Source: Phoronis australis (taxonomy: Eukaryota; Animalia; Phoronida). Taken from it: a stretch of 64,000 bases of DNA. The stretch is taken from NCBI GenBank assembly GCA_002633005.1, contig NMRA01000508.1, positions 204,031 to 268,030 of the forward strand, given 5' to 3'. Shown here in pieces: positions 14,544-26,700 of the stretch (its first letter is position 1; each line of letters opens with the position of its first letter). The position numbers and the translations under genes are program-made. The notes under the pieces were generated by a model. The model searched no databases. It saw only the letters and a list, made by a program, of their open reading frames with translations, and had not been told where the DNA came from.

Positions 14544-15511
14544 TATCTGCAGTCATGGAAACCCTTTATTGGATTTGTAAAACTATATATGCTACAAGCC
14601 GACCCAAAATTATATGCTTTTTTGCTTTTTGTTGCTGAAGAAACAGTTGGCAGCATTAGTAGCGGTAGTTGCCATGGCAACTATACGCTATATTTCCTAA
14701 CGTTACCCTTCAGACATCTTCGCACCCCCCAAATGCCAAATGGAATCTCAGTGGGAGAATTTTAGGGGGGCCATAGCCCCCTTCGCCACCCTCTAAATTT
14801 GCCACTGTACATATTAGCCCATTTTCACCTTATCTGCAATCTTTGGATTGGTAGAGTAACGATTATTTTATAACATTTTTGTTGATGTCACTGTTTCCTA
14901 ATTTTTACTGAAGAATGCAATTGTATCATAGGGCATCAAAGGTCCAACTTACGTATAAAGATGTAAAAATTCAGATGAAATTTGTGCCCAAGAATTTGTC
15001 GGTGATAACAGTTAAAAAGTTACTCCGTTTGTACTATATAAACATTTCACCCTGAGCCCTGAACTCCATAGCAAGTAAGAACCAACACTAGAACAAACGA
15101 ATGTAAATAAATTCCACGCATGCGCTTCGCAATCTCAGCGGCGAGAGATATTCCATGTCGAGAGTCCCGTGTAGAGACCTGGCAAACAATACGTCGTAGA
15201 AATCGAAAGTTGAACATACGTTCGAGAGTCCGCTCACATATAATTGGTAACCTGAGATTGCAACTACTGTACGAGTATGAGTAGCAGCAGCTATGAAATG
15301 CAGTTAAATGGTAACTTATTGGTACATATAGCTTTGATGCTCAGTATTACAATATAACGTAGTGCTTTTTCGACAGAAAATACCCGCATGTGGAAAGATG
15401 CGAAGATAACTCTAGCTAGATAATGGTAAGATAATACAGGTTGGTGTTGGCTTACGAAGTAAATGGTTGCCCCATAGATTACGTTTCTTCCTTTCGTCAA
15501 CAGGTGGCAGA

Positions 15512-15653
15512 ATGAGGCTCGAATACATTCTCAGGTTTTGCGCGGTGGTGCTGGTTTGTTTATGCAGCCGATGCGCGGCGAGGTTCCTGCCCAAAAACCA
15601 ACAATTCTGGAGCACATTTGACGAGTCGTCAGGAGAGGAATCCAGTGAGTATG
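15512..15653 (+). CDS. Neuropeptide precursor coding exon 1 (signal peptide + acidic spacer)
   Basis: ttcttcctttcgtcaacag acceptor at 15503, ATG 15512, donor G|gtaagg; alternative in-phase donor A|gtgagt after 15644. Confidence 0.7.
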
Positions 15654-18449
15654 GTAAGGTTCCGTATTCAGTTCACCCGACACAGGAAATTAAATAATAA
15701 GGAGAAATCGTAAAACTATCAAGCACTAGGATACCTCTTCATCGTAATCCACGCTATACACGCTAAGGTGGCGTTTTGTTGTAGGAAGTACGCAGAAGTG
15801 TCGTCTTCTACTGTAATAGCACAAGAAAAATTAATCTTGAAAACGTTGGTTTGAAAGTTTCTGCTAATTTTCCAGTGTACGAAATAAAAACATAACATAG
15901 TGGAAAAGACCTCTTTCTTACAATTGTCAACAAAAGTAAGATGCCAAGCCCCTGTCTAGTTTTTGCAAGATATCACCATGCATTTCAAGCAAACCACGTC
16001 GTGACTGTGTGACAACTCCTACGATAACATGTGGAGTTTCGTTAACCCAACGCCTAAGCGAGTTTAAACCAATCTAACTAAACGGTCCCAATTGATTCAC
16101 AAATTATCAGTGTGGTTTAGCCGCCCTGCTGAAGGAAACCTATTGGTTAATCACTGTTATAATGCAGCGATTTTAAAAATTCGAAGACGGTTTATATTTA
16201 CTCATTGATTTAAAACATAGCCATGTTGGTTGCCTGTCTTACTTATTGTATATTTTTTGACTTTGAAACTCGTACTGTACGCTAAATAGGCACCGTGGTT
16301 TATGGCCAATCCCAGGAATAGTGACTAGATCACTTCAATCTGTGATAGCGCCATGAAGCATTTGATGTTCCGAGAAATTCGCTGGATAATCTAGGGTGAA
16401 CAATGTGCTTTCTCGTCTATTTTGTTGCTTGCAAATCCTGTTAGCGAAAAGTTGCCTAATGGCCTACTGATTTTCCACATTTTGTAAATTTTCCAAAATA
16501 TGCTTCACGCTTTTGAAGGCTGACGATCTTCGACAATCTTCAAAACTTTATAACCAGTTTTAAAAAGTTTCACAGAAACTCATCTTTAGGGATAACTAAT
16601 GGTCGCCTATAGGAGATCATTTTTTCGTTCCATCTAGACACAGTTAATGTTTGTTCTAAGCTAAATCTGAGATTAGTATGTCTTTGGAAAACTCAGGGAA
16701 ATGAGCTATACAATTGTCAGCAAACAACGAATGAGTAAATTCTGTAATTTTACGATAATATAGTCGGTCAAAAGGTTAAACTTGATAAGCTTATCAATTA
16801 GTTCTGTGCAAAATAACTGAACGGTATATATTATATTCTCTGCTTCTAGACCCGCTTCAAAAAACCGATCTATTTTCACCTGAAGATGGCAGCATAGGTT
16901 CTCCCATTTCCCATCGAGTTGCTCGTGGACCGGCAAAGAGGTCTTCACCAGAGTCACGTTATCTACGGACTTGGTACATTCCATGTAAGTTTTTAAGTCA
17001 CAGTAAGTACTTTAAGATAAATGAGAATTCATGAACACAACAGTAAAATACAAACCTTGCCACTCCTTTTCACGTAATTGGGACAAAACTGATACCGAAT
17101 ATGACGTCACTATATCTGATATGAAGTTGTCTACGTGCCTTTTCGTTATTTCAGCTCAATCCAACAAATGGTTGGCCATTAGCGTCACTTAAACATTTTA
17201 TAGGTATTAACTTTTATTAATGATTTTTACCAATTTGTATGCGTCGAGTGACAATTTCAAGCATTAAATGTGCAGAGTTATAACATGTCGTTAATTATGC
17301 ATCCATTTATCTCTTAAGCTGGCGATATTTCTGAAATCAGAACCTTTCAATATTCCAATGTTTGTATTATTTCATGATTCGAGCATTCTATTCGACATAT
17401 GTTATTATTTTTGTAAAAACTCTTAAGAGCTGTTTTGGAAGCTCGGTGTACATGATATGAACATGCTTCTAAAGATTAAGGAATACCTTCGAAATCACCG
17501 CTCACCTCCACGTGAACATGAGCTCTCATAAGGAAAACAGCTATTTGGCATCTATTGTTTCAAATAGCAAATATCTTCGAGTAGAATAATATCGCCTTTA
17601 CATCAAACGCAACCCAAACTTGTGATTCAAAATCAATCGGTAACTGAGTATAACCCGATTCGATTGAATCACGCACCGAATATTAAAGTCCTACGGAAAT
17701 GGTACTTTGAAACACGTTTCCAACCACTGAAGAAAACTGCCTTAAGAAAAAAGAAAGACACCAATGAATAATAATAGTCGACTGAGTCAGAAGCGAAATT
17801 CTTGACTCAATACAATACAATATTACTGGTTTCTAATTTCCAAGTAAGCTGTTATCCGTCAGTCTACTACGAGTATAAGTCATTTCCTGATATTCCATCA
17901 TTAGAATTCTTAGCCGTTGTAAAATGTCAATTTAGAGCACAATTCTGTGATGAAATGTATTCGTGCAGTAACAAAGTGCCACTGAAAGAGAGCACCGTGC
18001 ACGGTGCTTATGTAAGTTACCGTGGTAGTAGGTTGAAAAATATATGTACGTTTTATGCTTTTGATAATTTCTTGTGTCCGGACTGTTCCGGGAGGCTACA
18101 GCTCCAATTCACGTACTGCAACAGCGGCAAAACGTGCACATGAATTATAAACCAACTTCAAACACCGAAAATCTGCCAAGAACTCTGGGTAATATTGCAA
18201 TTGTTTTACTCGCAAATTAGCAAAAGTTGTACTCACAGCATGTATCTAGGGTCGTGAAATAGTGAAGAATTGTTCAATCAATATTAAAACTGAGTATACG
18301 GATGGGAACAAATTAAAGTTATTTCCACTGCAGTTCCAAGGAGACGAGCAACAGTGAGGATCAGCTACTCTCAGATTGCAGACTTCATTAAGTCACTAGA
18401 AGGCAAACCAGGACTGAAAATGAATTCCCTCAAATTCGGCAGGCGGTGA
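15512..18449 (+). CDS. Candidate amidated neuropeptide precursor, 85 aa, 2 coding exons (15512-15653, 18334-18449)
   Basis: MRLEYILRFCAVVLVCLCSRCAARFLPKNQQFWSTFDESSGEESSEY|VPRRRATVRISYSQIADFIKSLEGKPGLKMNSLKFGRR*. Hydrophobic N-terminus, acidic spacer, tribasic site, terminal G-RR. Phase-1 donor gtaagg matches phase-1 acceptor ttccactgcag. Acceptor at 15503 implies a non-coding upstream exon. Confidence 0.7.
18334..18449 (+). CDS. Neuropeptide precursor coding exon 2 (RRR-peptide-GRR-stop)
   Basis: Acceptor ttatttccactgcag; PRRRATVRISYSQIADFIKSLEGKPGLKMNSLKFGRR then TGA. Confidence 0.7.
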
Positions 18450-21400
18450 CGTCATTGGTTACCAAATCGACCAAGAGAAGAGTCGACGAATAGGATAAGC
18501 GGAAATTCGATAGTCGATACTCAGATGTAAATGGACGGTGTTCATCGAAAAATCATTCCATATTGACACTTTCGCGAATAGTTTAGCCGCTAGGTCGCCT
18601 ACACTGGTCTTAACCACATGCTTCGAGCGTGTGTGCGCTGACAACGGAGCCCATGGAAGGCTTAACTGAAAATTATATCGCTTACATGTAATTCAGCTGC
18701 TTGCAGTAAAAGTGTACAAGACTTTAAAACTCAATGAAATACATACGCTACAGTAGGTCACTTTGTGGCCAATGGGACACAATGCCGAAATAGAGGACTG
18801 TCACGTGGCTTCGTATATGTAGCGCTATTTATTAATCTCTACTCTGGGTTACATTTAACGCGTACTGAAGGACATAGAAACAACTATGGAATTGTTCAGT
18901 TGTCAACTCAATTAACGGTGTACACAAACCAAGTTTCAGGTAGGAGCAGGTAAAGAATTGTGTCAGAGGCAAAAGAAGTTTTAGCCAACCGTAAACCCGT
19001 ACGGCTGGTTTTCATTTTTATGTAACATTCCCCCACCAGATGGCAGGCATGTGCAATACTTTCGCTATTCCGTCAGTGTGGCCAGGCTTGCAAACATGGT
19101 TTCCCACAGGTACATCTAAAGCACTACTTCCGAGCAAGAAGGACGGTCCACAACAGACCTACTGTGATGCGTACTACCGGCATGACACAGATGACGCAGA
19201 AAGAGAACGGCTGTTTCGTTCATCTTTAAGAACGGAGTCGATATTTTAAGAACATGAATTTTAAGGATGACATTCTGTTCACTTAGTGAACTGCAACACT
19301 TGGGTTTTACGCTCAAACCCGGTTTTCTTAAGATAATATTTATCCCTTTAAACACGATTATAGAGAGTGCACTTGACCGTCTTCACCGGTTCCGCTTGGT
19401 CAACCTGATCGGACATCGGACTGGTTTAAAAATCCGTAGGCTAAGTCACCAAGAATTAACCCATCTGGTGTCTGGTTGACCTAGTGAAACCGGCAAAGTA
19501 AGTCAAGTGCTGCCATTATTTAATAATTCCTGTGGCAAGTTGTAGAAACAACCTCATGTATATCGTCACCGTCACACGGGAAACATAGAAGTGCAAAGTT
19601 GGATGTGTGCTAGCTATATCAACTATTACGTTCGTTCATATTATGCATCTTTCTTTAACCTTTTTCTGTGTGGCCAATTAGATTGAAATGTCAGTTGAAT
19701 TTTTAATATCCCAGCACTGAACTACACAGCCTATTAGTGATCGTTTTCATGTTTACTGCAGTCTAGCTTTTGTGTTCACGTGCTACACATCTACCAATGA
19801 CTGAAATATGCCTAATGTAGGAAGTTATAAAACACAGATTCCACCCATAACTGCTAAATGGCGTGCATTAGGATGTTTGACATCTGCACAATGAAGCCAG
19901 CGGTTAAACTNCAGTGCTGCGCCGCCCATGGTAGTGCTTGTAGTCGAACTGTACTAAATGAAACCGATACGATTTTAATTTTTTTAATCTTAAAAGGCGT
20001 TACTATGACGAGGTACCAGATCGGGCCTCAAAGGTTCTGTTATTGACTACGAATTTTCACGTATCGACGTCTTCTCATTATCATGCAATTCAAAAAATTT
20101 TGGTGCGACTCTGGCGGTCAGTATATTTCCTAAGTTAATTCGAGGCAAAGTAGTTAGTTGGCTACAGTACCGGACTTTGCGCCGGCAATAGTCGATCTCA
20201 AATTTTGGGCACGTCATATCCGACCATTATCCTTTACGTCGCTGCCGAGCAGTGCCGGGGTATTGTAGACGAATATACCGAGCAGGAATACATGTGATTT
20301 GGTTAATTCATGTCTCTGAACGGTCGGAATACAATGAAGAACGATATGCGATAACTTATTGTCTGAACATTAATCGGGATGATGTATTAATTTAATGCTA
20401 AAATTTTCTATAGTAGATAATTTAATGAGTGAAATTCAAACATGTGTGTTTAGGTGGTTCAGTTGCTACATGCATTTGCCTATGTTGAAACATTCCATTT
20501 GAATTACTGTGCGTGAAAATTTAATTTGCTACAATCAATAAAAACCTTTTTCAAGGAAATGCTTGATAATTTGTGTTGTACATGGAGTAAAGACAGGGGT
20601 TCTTCAAATTGTCAAACGTGCGTAGGGTATTGGCCACAGGGGAGGTTTAACGCTCGTCTATAGGCGCAGAGACAACGTTATGTTCAGCAACTTCTGTATC
20701 CAATGAGTTACTTTAATAACTGTAACAAAAGATCCTACTACTTGCTCAATAGTCGAGCGTTGACCAGCAATGCACTGAACCCCAAGTTACAGCCTGGAGC
20801 GGCTTGCACAGAACGACAGCGACACCTATACAATGTATGCTACCCATATCTGTCAGAAGACACATACACTGTACAATATAAGCAACGCCATTAGATCACT
20901 TTTCTCAACTGAACTACAATAGGATGCACCCGGATAGACATCTCCTGGACGTAAGAAAACGCCTAGTCACATTGGCTTCATTTCAGAACTGTCGGGTTGA
21001 TCTAGAACTCATGTCGCAAACTATTACATGTACATCCACGAATACTTTTCAAGTTTATCCAACTTACTGCCGTAGGAGTTGCAGCCCATAGCAAAACAGT
21101 AAAACGTCACTGTCATTGGAATGTCGAATGCAGTTTATGCAACTTCATTATTTCATCGCAGTCGGGCGATTCGCCGTTTCGATCTCGTGATCATGGTGCG
21201 CTTTAACCACAGAAACTCGAATTCTGTTCTCCATTTCGTTATTCAGTCCGTTGATCTACTAACTTTAACGCTAACTCTCAGTCTTCGGACCTAGTTCGAC
21301 TGGATGCACTGAAACCCAATTTGGAAAATTAAAACGATGTTTTGGTGATCATTAGCTTAATTTCGCACAGTAGTTGAAATTGCGAACTACTGTTGATATA

Positions 21401-23598
21401 CATGTACAGGTTATGTTGACCAAAAACAAATTTTCACCGAAAAATTAAGCAAAAATCTTGAGAATTGAAGATTCATGACGTTTTCGGTTTTCCTAAGGCT
21501 CTGCAAATTGATTTAATTCAAACTTAGGTACACAAGTTCTCGAAAACGGCTCGATGGATTTCACTTAAACTTTTACAGTTTCAAGTGATATTTATTCATA
21601 TATATATATCAAAAACGCTCCTACGACTTTCGTTTCAAACGCGTAGTTCACATACGGTAAAACAGGCGAATACGACTATTTTTTACAAAAATACTTCACG
21701 TTTGGAGATAAAATTGGCATAGAAAGCAAACGAAATGAGTTAACGAAAATTCCTAACAACGTTCCTTTTTGAGGTAAATTGTGAAGTTTTCACTTAAAAA
21801 GAGTTTCATTAAAATCGCCCAAGGATTGGTTGAAAGAACCTTTCTCAAAAATGAAATATTGACCTAAAATCTACTAACGCGATAGTAATAATAACACAAA
21901 AATATATAACATGTTTTATTCATCAACGATTTTTTTTCAGACAAAGCCCGAGTAAGAATGAAAGTCATCAAAAACGATGATACCATTTAGATTTCTTTAA
22001 CCGCTTCAAACATAAACATTCTTCAAAAGAAAGAAAACACCAAAACAGATACAATTTTAAGACAGCAGCAAATATGCGTTTGTGTTTTTGTTTTCTTAAG
22101 ATGGATATTTCAAAGACAGTAAGGGAATTTCAGCGTCATGAAATTTGCCAAGGCATCAAAAACGAAACTTTTAATTAGTCAACTTAAAAGCAATTTTATA
22201 AGCAGGTTATCTCAATGTATTGGTCTGTAAGTGGGTATTATTCATTTACTTCCTCCATATTAAGCTTACATGTAATTCCGATCAACATTGAATTATGGCA
22301 GGACTTCATACTAACCAACAAGATCTTACGGGAGAATAAACCCAAGCAACAAGGACAAACCCAAATACTCGATCTGTTGAATGTATTGAATACGGGAGCT
22401 TGTCACAGTACAAAGATGTGGCATTGAAGAACTCAATTATACACAGGTTGGCGTTCCAGTTTTAATGGTAGGAATATTACAGCAAATCCCAACATCATGG
22501 CGAACTTATTTTCAGTGAACCATTACGTCTGTCGTCGAGAATCAAATAGACGTCTATTGCGGGTTGACTCGACGGTACCCGTTGATTTGCGCACAAGGCC
22601 AAATCACGACAGAAGAGCATAAGTTTACAAACTAAGGGGCGTCGCAACAATGCAAGAGCTGCAGTGGCAGCCGCTCTTGTAAACAGGTGCCAAGCCTAAT
22701 ACCAAATTGATAGCAACTGGGCTCTAGGCTATACGATTTGTTGAACATAAACATCTGATCAACGTACATAGAGATGTTTGCAATGTGCCGCTGTGATTAT
22801 TAACATTTTGTTAGGAACTGCACTGTTATTAATATGCATTCAACGAAACGTTAACCATGTCAAAGAAGCGCCATCGTAAATAGCTGCACGCCCATTTAAT
22901 CTACACCAAGACAGCCCAATGCATGCACAAAACAATTCACCAGCAACACAATGAAATGTTTTGGTTTACAAAAATGTAGTCACGTTTTCTAAGCAAAATA
23001 ATATATTGTGGGCCCGGCCTTGCTAATGCTCAGTTGATGCTAGGGCAACAATAAAAACCACGAACGTTCACTTTCTTTCCGGATTGACGTCTGTGCCCAA
23101 CCACATAAAAAATCGTGTGCACCCAACCAGCAGTTGGGACGAATTTCACAGATATTCTGCCATATAAGTAGACGCTCTCACACGTTTACACTGAACCCAA
23201 GTAAAAAATGCTCCTTCGATCGTTCTCGCGCTATTGGTCTCGTGCGCTCTCACGTTCACTTTTGGTGTTTCAGTGCATGCGCATTGTGAAGATCTAATTC
23301 TAATCCTTTGTTGTTGCTTAGCGAATAGTAGCCGGGAAAAGAAATCAAAAGACAAGAACGTCTTGTCTTGCGGTGCTGGAAAATCCAAAAAGCAAAAGGG
23401 AACGTTTATAAGGATACTCCAGCGGCCAACATGCACCACATACAGTACACAGCTTCCGGTTCTATTCGCAATTTAAACGATCGAGTTTTTCGCTCCTAAA
23501 AAAATCCGGGTACAGAAGTTGCGCTTTTCCCAGAGTACAGTTGGACCTGCAATCCAATGCACACAGAACAAAAAGCATATTACTAAAAAATAGTCATA

Positions 23599-23604
23599 TT
23601 TATT
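23599..23604 (-). terminator. Putative polyadenylation signal AATAAA of GTF3C4
   Basis: TTTATT on + strand about 55 nt downstream of the GTF3C4 stop. Confidence 0.5.
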
Positions 23605-23657
23605 CAAATTGCAACATTAAATTGACAAGCGTGCACACATTTGCATAGCAATTGTAA

Positions 23658-23722
23658 TCAAGACATCACTCCGTCACAGAATACACATCGCCAAGACAAC
23701 ATCTCTTGTAACCATGGGGACC
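23658..23722 (-). CDS. GTF3C4: GTF3C4 last coding exon
   Basis: GSPWLQEMLSWRCVFCDGVMS* (~PDWIKRLLQSPCPFCDSPVF*). Confidence 0.88.
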
Positions 23723-26700
23723 CTGGAAGAAACAAGAAGAGGTCCCTGCTGAATGAATTAAAGACAAATCATTGCGTGGAGAAAACAATTTCATAGAGTT
23801 ATAAACTGGTTAAACTTTAACCGTTAAAGTAGACTTATGCATCACTGTGCCACGGGAGAATCATTGGACAGCACCCAACGGAAATGCACTGTGTTATACC
23901 TTCAAAACCTTTTAGTTTCAAAGATCAAGACTTACTGCAGCCAGGCCCCAATCTCACAAGCTACGGTTCGAGTTTGGAAGAATACCGCCCTTGTAAAACT
24001 GTTTAAACATGCCTACCTCCGGAAGTGTACAACGCCCTCGAGTGGCAGTTCATACAGTACTTGTCTTTAGTTCCATAACACAGACTAAGTGACTGACAGC
24101 AGCGATCTGGAAATTAGTGGTAAATTTCAGTTGCCGCATACAACTGCCAGTTTGACGACTAAAGCGATTGCTGGGAGCTAGAATGTACCGTAAACGTTCG
24201 GGTTAACACCCATGTTTACTTAACCGCCCATCCCCTACTTTAGATGGATTTTTTTATTTAACCGCCCACTGCTCGGTTAACCGCCCACCAGCGATTTCTT
24301 AAAATTTCACGGTTAAGCGCCCATGTCTGGTAATCCGATCTCATGACCCCCGATTTTTTGGGTTCGCCAATTCAACCGCCCAGGGCGTTAACCCTAACGT
24401 TTACGGTAAATCAAGAAGCTATGTGTTTCTTATAGATACTTTTAGACGACCACCTAGTGGTGATCAGACACACAGGGTTTGCTTTGTGCATCACACCGCC
24501 AGTGCATGGTCTTTTCCGCCATAATGACGTCACTGCAAAAATACCGAACAGAGAAAAAAAGGCAAAAAAGCATTTACATTGAATAAGTGCCTGAAAAGAA
24601 CACCATACAAGGATTCTTGAGGAAACCCAAGTCAAGAAGCCTGGCAGTTCATTGCCCTTAGCAAATTGCATGTATGGCATTGCTCAGCGGCGGATCCAGG
24701 ATTTTGAGTTGGGGGGCTAGCCAAGGGCACAAGAATCACCAGAATTTCGGCAGATGCGCGCGCCCAGCCTAAAATGTAAGGATGCCGGAGGTCTCGAATT
24801 TTTGGGTTTGCGGACCTTTTGACTAAAAAAAACGTAAACGGGGTTTGTTCAGGACCTATGCATCTATGCATTGTTTATTCACCCCCTCCGAGCCCCCCTG
24901 GTTGCGCGCATTTGTTAGTCAGCAATTCGCACCCGAACTGCCAAATGGTATCTGGTAGAATTTTAGGGGGGCCATGGCCCCCTAGGCCACCCCCCTAAAT
25001 CAGCCACTGTTGCTGTGTTCAAAAATAATACTCAAAACAAATTATAGTTACCAAAGTACAACGTGTTGCATTTCAAGTAGGTTTTACAATTGTTTTCATA
25101 TAAAGTTTGAAGGGTTCAAAATATTCCAACCTTACCAAAAACGCCTCCAAGAAGGTACGGTAAAAATCTCCAGTTCGGCAGTCTCTAAAATTTGGAAAAT
25201 TGAAATTTTAGCAGAAATTCTGATGATTGGAACAAGGGCGACTTTTGCGTTCACCACCACCTTTTTCAAATTTCAGAGTTCAAAAAATTTTTCGTAAAGC
25301 TAGTTGCCAATGGGAAGTTGAATCAGCGCTCCCAAACGACAACTCCGTTCGAGTAGCTAAGTCTGGAACATAAAATAGGAGAAAACACTCCTAGGAAATA
25401 TACAAGCGTTTTTTCTAGGTCTGACCTACATAATCGTCATCAAGTCGTTATAAAAGATGAAAGAAATATAACTCTAAATGCCACCCCCATTTCTTGGCAG
25501 TCCAAATTTTGCAACACGAATGACTGAAAAACATCCTGTCGAAAAAAATCCACGAAGCGGTACCGTAGTCAGTCAAATGACATGTTGAATGATGCGAGGG
25601 ATCAACACAATGCAAGTTTCAAAACAAAAAATTCCCGTAACTTCATGCTGTCTTCGTATTAAATAACTAACTTTGTGTGAAATAAAAACCTCCTAATATT
25701 TTGACTAGATGTGAATTTCTATTACAGAGTGATTCGAGTTTGCTCCCTTGGCACTAAACACGTGACCCCGTCGTGCATGTCGCCAGTTACTGCTACAACA
25801 GAGGTGTAAAACACAGCCAGGATTTGGCTTTTAAACATCGAGAAAAGACAACTATTTTGGAAAACAAACTTGCCGTTGCCTAAAATGATAGTTTTTGACT
25901 TTTTACAGAATGCGTAGGTGTCAATTTCAGCTGAACACAATTAAAATTAAGGCTGCTCTTAATCCACTACAAAAGTCCATAACAGAATACAATGCCCGGG
26001 GACCACAGCAATCTGCGCCATCACTGAGAATTAATCCGGTTTCCGCATTTGAAATCGCTCTTACAGTTTAAAAATCAATTATCAGAATCAAATCACAGAT
26101 GGGCGCTAGGCTGAGCTGTAGGTGCATACCACAATCCCCTTTAAGCTCCAGTGAATGTAACAAAACTTAACAGAACACAACATAAGCTATATAGGAGCTG
26201 GAGTTGCCTTCTCAGCTCTTACGTGACCAAGGCTCGACTTCAACTGCTGTTTGAGGGGACATCCACGTAGCATTTTCGCTTGAAAAGTTATGTTCCTTGC
26301 TCTCCAAAGAGGTCCTTTCCACCCACATGTTACGATGATCACGTCATCTGATTGACAGGTCCCTCGACGGCACTGCCGCCTCTCGGCGTGACTGGCATAG
26401 CCAACTGGACACTCATTATTTAAAAACAGTGCTCAAGACTTTTTTGGAAATGCGATTTTCCTGTTCTCTGCAGTCAGATGAAACCAGAACTCCCACAAAT
26501 ATAATGATGTTTTGATGTCAAATAACATTAACCATTACTTACATGTGCAAAAGATCTCAATTGGTAAAATAAAAAGTAGCAGGGGATTTACAAACGCAAA
26601 GAATCACCATGGGGCTCTTTCCAGATCGTTTTACCACGCCTCTGACATACACGCGGACATGATAAATGGTGGCATAATTTTTCCAACTTTGGTCCTAAAA

